Below are positions 55,758-64,000 of a stretch of 64,000 nt of DNA, one piece after another (position 1 is the stretch's first letter; every line of letters starts with the position of its first letter). The DNA lies in the NCBI GenBank assembly GCA_964016885.1, contig OZ024743.1, positions 59,830,001-59,894,000 of the forward strand, given 5' to 3'. The DNA comes from Eledone cirrhosa. Lineage: Eukaryota. The notes beneath the pieces are model-generated. The model was not told the DNA's origin. It was given only the letters and a program-made list of their open reading frames with translations, and ran no database searches. The translations under genes were made by a program, and so were the position numbers.

Positions 55758-56243
55758 TTCTATTTCTACTAAAACCCTCTGATGACAGGACTTTCTACCG
55801 TCATCAGAGTTTTGTCTTAATTTTTTGAGATCTACCCTTCCCTGTCTTATGTCGCCTAATAATCCTTGCACTTGCCCTCCTTTTCCTCTCATTTACAACA
55901 CTTAGAGTCCCTTGCAATGCTACTAACTTTCTCTACATGTTAGTCTAAATAATACATTCTTTATTATTTTTATGCAATTTTATCCTAGAAATATGTTTGT
56001 TTATCTTGAAATAAAAATGATTATCGAGTAAAAAAGAAAGAAAGAAAATTAACATTCTAACTGAAGTTACAAACATGATGCAAGCGAAATACTCTTATGT
56101 TCTTCTTTATGGAGAATTTGGCATAAGTGCTGCTAATGGTACCACCACCAGTAATATATTTATATATCTGTGTGTGTCTGTGAATGTGTGTGAGTGTATT
56201 TGTGTGTATATGTGTGTGTCTGTATGTGTGTACGTATATGAGC

Positions 56244-56275
<32 letters not shown>

Positions 56276-56570
56276 CTGTGTGGGTATATGTGTGTGTGTG
56301 TGTGTGGGTGTGCGTGTATGTGCGTGTGTGTGTATGAACAAGTCTACTTGAAATCTGCAGCTTTTGAAGATTTTAAATTGGAAATTATAGGCACCACAAC
56401 GCAGCTAGCTATATTAAATATTCTAAAAGCTAGTGAATTAAGACCGAAATCAGATGAGGAGATGGAAACGCATTTCTATAGGTATTTCAGTAGGCTTCAC
56501 AGCAATAGCAGTTAAAATCATTGTACGAACTATATTTTCATATAGGTATATGTATATATATATATATATA

Positions 56571-56995
56571 TCGGAAAAGAGTCAGGACACCGACGGCAGA
56601 GCTTAAGACGTTTCGACGGCTGTTTTTGGACAGAAATATCCGGCGAAACGGCTTGAGGTCTGCTGTCGGGTTCCTGACTGTTTTCCTATTACCCACTCTA
56701 CTACCCAAGGTATCGAGTACTCTGGAGCATTATGGTCTACCTGGTTCCATACCACACTTCCTTCATTATCTAGCTCCCACCTCCGTAGTGGAGCACTTTT
56801 CAACCCTCCCACGCCATATCCACGACTTTTCCACCAAGCTCCAGTTTCTTCTAACTAAGGTCCAGATATAGCCGCCGCAGCGGCTTGAGCTCTGCCGTCG
56901 GAGTCCTGACTATTTTCCTATTACCCACTCTACTACCCAAAGTATCGAGTACTCTGGTGCGTTATGGTGCACCTAATTCCTTACTACACTTCCTT

Positions 56996-56998
<3 letters not shown>
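56571..56998 (+). mobile_element. Family H tandem copy: inverted arm + R + U + R (232-bp period)
   Basis: Hairpin copy 56571-56767, unique spacer 56768-56857, and a second non-hairpin copy 56858-56998. ACCCACTC occurs at 56691 and 56923. Confidence 0.82.
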
Positions 56999-57039
<41 letters not shown>

Positions 57040-57068
57040 TATGAAGAGAGAATGTATCTGTGTGTTTC

Positions 57069-57168
<100 letters not shown>

Positions 57169-57226
57169 GCGAGAGAGAGACAGAGAGAGAGAGAGAAAGA
57201 AAGAGAGCAAGAGAGATAATAATAAT

Positions 57227-57602
57227 TGTTTATACTTTTGGCAGCAATCTCCCAGTACATTACTGGTACTTTATTTTATTAACCTCGTAAGGATGAAAGG
57301 CAAAGTTAACCTCAGCGGGATTTTAACTCATACCACAAAGGGCCGTAACTCTTTGCTGCAAAGCATGGCGTCCGACCCTACCGATACTGCCAATTCACCA
57401 CCACAGAGATAATAATAATAATAATAATTGTTTCTATTTTTGGCACAAGGCCAGCAATTACCCAGTACATTACTGGTGCTTTATTTTATCGACCCCGTAA
57501 GGATGAAAGGCAAAGTTAACCCCGGCGGGATTTGAACTCGGACCGTAAAGGGACGTAACTATGCTGGAAAGCATGGCGTCCGACTCTCTACTGATACTGC
57601 CA
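57227..57602 (-). mobile_element. Two tRNA-derived SINE copies in (AAT)n
   Basis: 57227-57404 (TSD AGAGATAATAATAAT) and 57426-57602. Confidence 0.88.
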
Positions 57603-57640
57603 AAATAATAATAATAATAATAATAACAATAATAATAATA

Positions 57641-60600
57641 CTTTCTTTATTAACCACAAGGGTTTACATAAAGTAGACATTAAGGACAGTGCAGGACAAT
57701 ACAGGACGGTACAAATGGGCATTTCTGCGTGTAAAAAACAAAAACATAGGATGTAACAAAAAACATAACAATGAAAAATTCCCCAATAGTGGGGAGACTT
57801 CGGAGGGTCATTTGTGGAGAAAGCCCATTAAAAAGGCCACAGGGACCCTGACCACGAAGGCAAGTGCCCTCTCCCAGTTTTTCACCTTTAATTTACAGAC
57901 ACATACTCAGAGCAGGCCCATTCACTAGGGCCATTCTTGCATCTCTCACCCATCTTTCAACAAAATGCTGGGAAGGGAGCACTTCCTTCTCTACTCTGAT
58001 TTTCCTTTTCAAATGAAATTTGAAAAAGTCAATCAGGGCTTCACCGAATAGGTAAGTGCTCGTCTTCAGCCTTTTCAAACGTGTACACCATGCTATCTCT
58101 TTCGCCATGGCCTGCAGACAGATAAAAACTGCCTGCCCTTCTCGGCTAAAGGAAGAGGGTGGGGCACTCCTCACGATGAAGTCAGCTGATAGCTGGATCC
58201 TTCCTACACGCGACAGCAGGTGTTCGATATAAACCCACGAGTCAGCTTTGCTCGGGCACTGGACGAGTGTGTGCAGGACGGTTTCGTCGCCCTGCGCGCA
58301 TCTCGGACATGCCCGGCTGACGGCACCTCCATGCCTGTAGAGTTTATCCCGAACTGGAAAAGCTCCTCGGTTGCACTGCCAGGCCAGCGATTTCTTGAAG
58401 TTGTCCATAGGCCCCGGCCCGAAAGTTCTTCCGAAGAGATTGGCGAGTTGATTTTCGTCGACGCCTAGAGTTTCCCCAAGTACGTCGTCGCTCTTCCCCT
58501 CCATTAATCCTCTGTAGAACGCCAAGGTGGAGTTTCCACCGATCACATTGCCCGATTGGTCGATGGCTGTGAGCGCCTGAAGACATTCCAGTCTCCAAGC
58601 CCTCCCTCTCCTTTTTCGATTGACCCAGGTCTGCAGCTCCGTCAAGGAGACGAGCTGGGGAAAGACGTGTCTAGCAAACGGCGACCACACCTGATCACCG
58701 TCGAGGAAGAGGTGGAGATGTCGTAGCCTGAGCGCGTGTCTGCGCATCATCAGCCACGGCATTCCCAGCCCTCCATGTAGCGGGTGTTGACAGCAGATGG
58801 AGCGCCTTACCATCGGTGCGCGTGCCTTCCACAAAAAGGCAAAAGAGCAAAAGCTCCAGCGCAGTCAGGCTGGGCTTAGGACAAGGTACGACGGTCAGGC
58901 GGTAGTAGATGACGGACGCCATATACGCGTTAGCCACCTCCGCTCGACATTTCAGGGATAGCTTCCTGTTGGCCCATATCTGGGTGAGAGAAGCCACTCT
59001 GCTCATCATCTCGTCCCAGTTTTTGTCCGTCTTGAGGTCCGGACCGAACCAGACCCCGAGAAATTTAACCAGTCCGTCCGTCCAGCGCCCGACGACGCTG
59101 TTGGACGGCATGGACCTGCCTCTCCGGGTGCCAAGCTGCAAGCCCACTGACTTTTCCTGGTTGATCATTGCTCCTGTCACCGCTTCGTATTCTCTTAGTG
59201 TAGTGCCGATCGCCTCCATGTGTTTGGCGTTCGACATCACTACGGTGAATTCGTCCGCATATGCTGACACGGATCTTCCGCATCCTAGTTCACGCGGGAG
59301 CCCCTTCAAAGTCTCCAGTTTGTGCAGAAATGGCTCGAGAGTCAATACGTACAAGAGGGACGAGAGGGGACATCCTTAGTTGACCGAGCGCATGATGTTG
59401 AACGGTTCCGAAAGGTGACCGTTCACTCTCACCACAGAGCAGATGTCACTGTGCATGGCAGCGATCCAGCCTCTGAAGACGGGCCCAAAGCCAGCCGCCC
59501 TCAGGACTGCCGCTAGGTAACGATGGTCGACCCTATCGAAAGCTTTCGACTGATCTAAATTGATCAAGGACCCACCCGTGCCAGGTTCCCTAGCTACCCT
59601 CTCTACGATGTATCGCATGAGGTGGAGGTTGTCGTGGATGGATATGTCGGGAATGGCGCATGTCTGCACCTCACCCACCGGACCACTAACGACAAGCGCC
59701 AACCTCTTTCGTAGCACCTTGGCCAAAGTCTTGAACTCTGTGTTTAGCAGAGTTATGGGCCTAAAATTATCTATGTTATCCCCCTTGTTCGGATCCTTTC
59801 TCAGCAGCGCCACAGCTCCTCGGCTCACAGAGCTGGGAATTCTCCCGTTCTGTTGCCAGTTGCAGTAGACGTCCGCCAAGAGGCCTCCGAACAAGTCTGG
59901 CATCTGTACGTAAAGTTCTTAGGGCAGACCATCCATACCAGGCGATTTACCCCTTGTGCAGCCAGTCATTACCTACCGTACTTCAGCGGTTATCGGCTTT
60001 TCGAAACACTCCGCCTCAGTGGCCGAGAGCCGCGGCAGTCCGTCGAGGTAGACACTAGAGTCCATCCCTCGATCCGGCCCGCCGCTGCTCCCGAACAGCT
60101 GAGCAAAGTGTCACTGAAAAGCTTCACATATTTGCCCGGGATCGAGTAGCATGCGCCCGTCGTGAGCCACCAAAGACCGGATCTTGGCTTTGTTGCCACG
60201 CCGCGTCTCCGCCACTCGGGGCCATTGAACGGCTTTCGTCCCCTCGTGTATGGGAACACGCAACCTAGCTCTGACAACGCAGCCTTCGTGCTTTGCATTG
60301 AAGAATTGGTCAAGGGCCAATTTCGCCGCAAGTACGTCGATCGCGATGCCTTTCTAAGCGCCTCGTCTAATTTTCTAACTAATTCTCCCACTGCTCTATT
60401 TTTCTCTATTGCTAAAGCCTTACTAAACCTAATGGACTCTATTCTAATTGCTCTTTTCAGAGCAAACCACCACTTGTTTTTGACGATGGCCCCCGTCAAC
60501 GCCCGCTTAACTAGTTCGCTAATCCGGTCTCTGTAGGCCTTGCGCGCTGGTAAGGACGCGTTTAGCTTCCAGTAGCCGGGTCGTCGTCTATGAAGCCTAT

Positions 60601-63159
60601 CTATGTCAAGCACACAGATCACGAATTTGTGGTCCGTGTAGCTGACTATCTTGAATTGTTGACAGCCTATGCTAGATCTATCCATTTCCCTACAAAATAC
60701 CGATGCGGTTTCTCCAAGTCCATATTCGCACATTCGGGAAATCCATTCGGTACCTGTTAGACAGTTCAAAACGCAGGAGCAGGTTGGTGAGGCTCTTGCA
60801 CATTCCTCCCCTATCCGCTAATCCCACACAGTCCCCGCGTGCAACTAAGATCCCGTTCCAGTCGCCCACTAACACTAAAGAGCTGGACGTTCCAAGAAAG
60901 GTCTCCAGACGCCGGAAGAAATCAGGCAGCCCTGCTCCTATCGGGGCATAGACGGCCACTAGCCTGAAAGCTTGCCCGTCTACGCTGGTCACGTCTAACA
61001 ACACTAACTTACCTTCTGGGTCCAGGAAGATGGCTCGTATAGCGAGACCCAAACCTCTCCGAAAAAGCACAGCAACTCTTCCCCCCGTTCCCGGACGGCT
61101 GGGAGATGCGTACACATCGTAGCCGCCGAAGATCGGTTCGAAGGCCCGTGCTTCACAGTTTCTGGTCTCGCTGATGGCCAATACATCTATGTTTAGTGAC
61201 CTGAGGTCGTCGAGCAGGTGGCCCTGCTTCCATGACGACCCCAAGCCACGCGCATTTATGCTGCCTATTCTGAGTGAGGTCATGTTGAAATGGAGTGGAA
61301 AAGATGGGAAAGACCACTTACCTTACTTCTTGTAGAGGAAGGATGGTTTCTCCATCCTTTTCACTGCTTGTGGCCTCCTGAGCAAGGATGTCCTTATAAA
61401 TCCTCCCGGGTTAATGATGGTGATGGTATTGGTGTTTGTGATGATGGGGTTGGTGATGCTGGTGTGGATGGTGGCATAGCTGTCCTATCTTTTTTGTCTG
61501 ATAGTTTATTTATTAACCTCTGTATTTTGTTTTTGGAGGGGGACGGAAAAGGAATGTTTCTTGTTTAGCTTCTTTTTCTTTTTTTTCTTTTTTCCTGAAA
61601 CCGTTTCCCACTCCACGTCGTCTCAATTGCTCTCCAGTTGCGATAGGTCGGGGATTGTTGTGGCGTGGAGTCGGCTGTAGGCGCTGGTGCTAGTTCTGCG
61701 CGTTGAGGGTGGTGGAGGTGTTGGTTTTGTTACTGTTGCTGGGGTTGTTGCTGCTACAGTTGCTTCTGTTGGTGCTGCTACAGTTGTTGCTGCCATTTCT
61801 GCTGCTGGTGGTGTTGATGGTTGAGTCATTGGGTGGGTTAAACAGGTGACCTCAACTTTTTAGCCTGAGGGCAGAAAGCCCTTAGGTGTGTTCCTTCACC
61901 ACAAACGACACACCTAGGCCTTCTACCCTCGACGATTACGTTGAGGTGGCTGCCGTCATGAGGTCTATTACCTCTGGGATCTCCTCAATGCTTTTCTGGT
62001 CCGCTTGGATCAGGAGCTCCAACCCAGATCCGGACCAGTTCCCCTGCTTTTCTTTTGGTATTTCGATTAGTTTGGTGTTGGCATCGATGCCGGCGAGGAC
62101 GGCAGCCATTAGCCAGTGAATTTCGATGGCCGATGGAACGTGGGTGACCCTGATCTTTACGAGTCTCTGGTCACAATAGCTTGGGACGACTGTCACGTCA
62201 TCGCTTATTAGTGGGGCCATGGAGTGCTCTCTGGCCTCCTGTGGTGTTCCAAAGAACACGTCCACGGTTCCATATTTCTGTCCACGTTCGATGTTGGATT
62301 TTTTTGCCCACACATGACCAAAAGCTTTTTTGGATTTGGGACTTGGATGCCCGTTCCACTCGGCGCGATTTTATGTTAATCGTCCGATAAAACACGGTGC
62401 ATAGGCGCCTATGCTCTATTTTATTATGTGGCGCCGGGGTGGGGGTGGGGGTGACCTTGTACCCATCTTTCTTTTCCATTCTCTTAGCTTCATCTAATTC
62501 CTCCTGAGTTTCCCAGATTGTTTCGCATATTTTGGCTCCTTTGGCAACAAGGTGTTCTTATCCGCATTGTTGTTGTTGCTGTTGTTGTTATTGTTATTTT
62601 TGTTATTGTTATTTTTAGTTTCAGTTGCGGTGGTAGTGGCGTCAGTGGTGTTCGGTGTGGCTGTGTCGATTTTGGGTGAATCCATTTCGATGTCACAAGA
62701 TATTAATTTTTTTTTTCTTATGTTTCTGTTATCGCTGTGGTGATGGCGGGGGTGGCGGCTTCAACACCTGCAGTCATTGGTAATTGCGGGAAATAAATGT
62801 CTGCATGAGACAAATTTAAATTATTGCTACTGCTTATATTTTTAGTGTTGGCAAACGTAGTAATATTTACAATGGTGGTGTTGGTGTGAGGTGTTAGTTT
62901 GTGAGGAAGGCTCTCAGCTACTTGGTGTAGCTGTGAGTCGTCCATGATTTGTTCAAAGAAATGTTTTGTTTGATAATTATAAAAGTTTAAATTTTGGGCT
63001 CAAAGCCCCAATATTTTTGAGTGTCCTTTTCAGAAATCAATGTATGTGCACCTAGAAACAATTAACAACAAAATTCTTCCATAAATGGTAATTTTAAACA
63101 AATGAAAACATCAAACCTTTGCTGAGTTCACGATGATACGATTTCCTAGATAGGTCGGC

Positions 63160-63160
<1 letters not shown>
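57641..63160 (-). mobile_element. Full-length but decayed Tx1-type (L1 group) LINE flanked by (AAT)n on both sides
   Basis: ORF1 remnants ~62945-61300 and ORF2 from 61283. The 3' end reads GTGGTTAATAAAGAAA. (AAT)n lies at 57603-57640 and 63161-63200. Confidence 0.9.
57893..61283 (-). pseudogene. Tx1-type ORF2 (APE-RT-zinc knuckle), multiply frameshifted
   Basis: SINARGL, LAISET, GDWN, YTDH, FRPITLLN, LDQSKAFDRVDH, AYADE, CPRC..ETVLH..VQC. Confidence 0.9.
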
Positions 63161-63200
<40 letters not shown>

Positions 63201-63202
<2 letters not shown>

Positions 63203-64000
63203 TTTTCTTTATTAACCACAAGGGTTCACATAAAGTAGACATTAAGGACAGTACAGGACAATACAGGAGGGTACAAATGGGCATTTCTGCGTGTAAAAGA
63301 ACAGAGGTTGAAATAAAATGACAAAGAAAAAAAAAAAAAAAAAAAAAAAAAAAATTCCCCAATAGGGGGGAGACTTCCAAGGGACATTTGTGGAGAAAGC
63401 CCATTAAAAGACCACAGTGGCCCTGACCACCAGGGCAAGTGCCCTCTCCCAGTTTTCCACCTTTAATTTACAGACACATACTCAGAGAAGGCCCATTCAT
63501 TCGGGCCATACTTGCTTCTCTCACCCATCTTTCAACAAAATGCTGGGAAGAGAGCACTTCCCTCTCTACCCTGATTTTCCTTTTCAAATGAAATTTGAAA
63601 AAGTTAATCAGGGCATCACCGAAGAGGTAAGTGCTCGTCTTCAGCCCTTTCAAACGTGTGCACCATACTATCTCTTTCGCCATGGCCACCAGACAGATAA
63701 AAACTGCCTGCCCTTCCAGGCTAAAGGAAGGGGGCGGGGCAATCCTCACGATGGACTCAGCTGATAGCCGGATCCGTCCTACACGTGACAGCAGGTGTTC
63801 GACATAAACCCACAAGTCAGCAATGCTCGGACACTGGACGAGTGCGTGCAGGACGGTTTCGTCGCCCTGCGCGCATCTCGGACAAGCCCGGCTGACGGCA
63901 CCTCCATGCCTGTAGAGTTTATCCCGAACTGGCAAAGCTCCTCGGTAGCACTGCCAGGCCAGGGATTTCTGGAAGTTGTCCATAGGCCCCGGCCCGAAAG
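63201..64000 (-). mobile_element. 3' end of a second, tandem Tx1-type LINE (continues beyond window)
   Basis: ORF 63468-63983 and 3' UTR are homologous to 57641-58420. Confidence 0.9.

Noticed and set aside
55771-55814. Hairpin CTCTGATGAC...GTCATCAGAG with CTGATGA on both strands and a nearby GAAA
   Set aside because: No stem II or III can form in hammerhead geometry and there is a single copy. It could be a fold-back relic but is unsupported.

Overview
Eukaryotic, extremely (TA)n-rich DNA, most likely from an octopus or other coleoid mollusc. That assignment is inferred from the tRNA-type SINE family and the repeat landscape and is not proven. The only clear host gene is a single-coding-exon class A neuropeptide GPCR (34461-35774, +), preceded by a splice acceptor. 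Most of the rest is mobile DNA: a near-intact full-length CR1/L2-group LINE plus a truncated copy, R4/Dong-type RLE LINEs and Tx1-type LINEs at (TAA/TTA)n, RTE remnants, a DD37D (maT) transposase pseudogene, a Helitron 3' end, a possible LTR, about 14 tRNA-derived SINE copies and Penelope-like elements (PLEs, probably Naiad group). The most interesting layer is non-coding. About seven unrelated families of type I hammerhead ribozymes (several with non-canonical cores) occur in PLE termini and in short ORF-less tandem/inverted elements that resemble retrozymes and sit mostly in (TA)n. There is also a six-copy ~190-bp element with a ~105-bp fold-back head whose two arms co-vary from copy to copy, a 232-bp tandem monomer and a hammerhead-like topology with an atypical core. 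All RNA folds and alignments were done by eye. The (IY)n ORFs are microsatellite artefacts.
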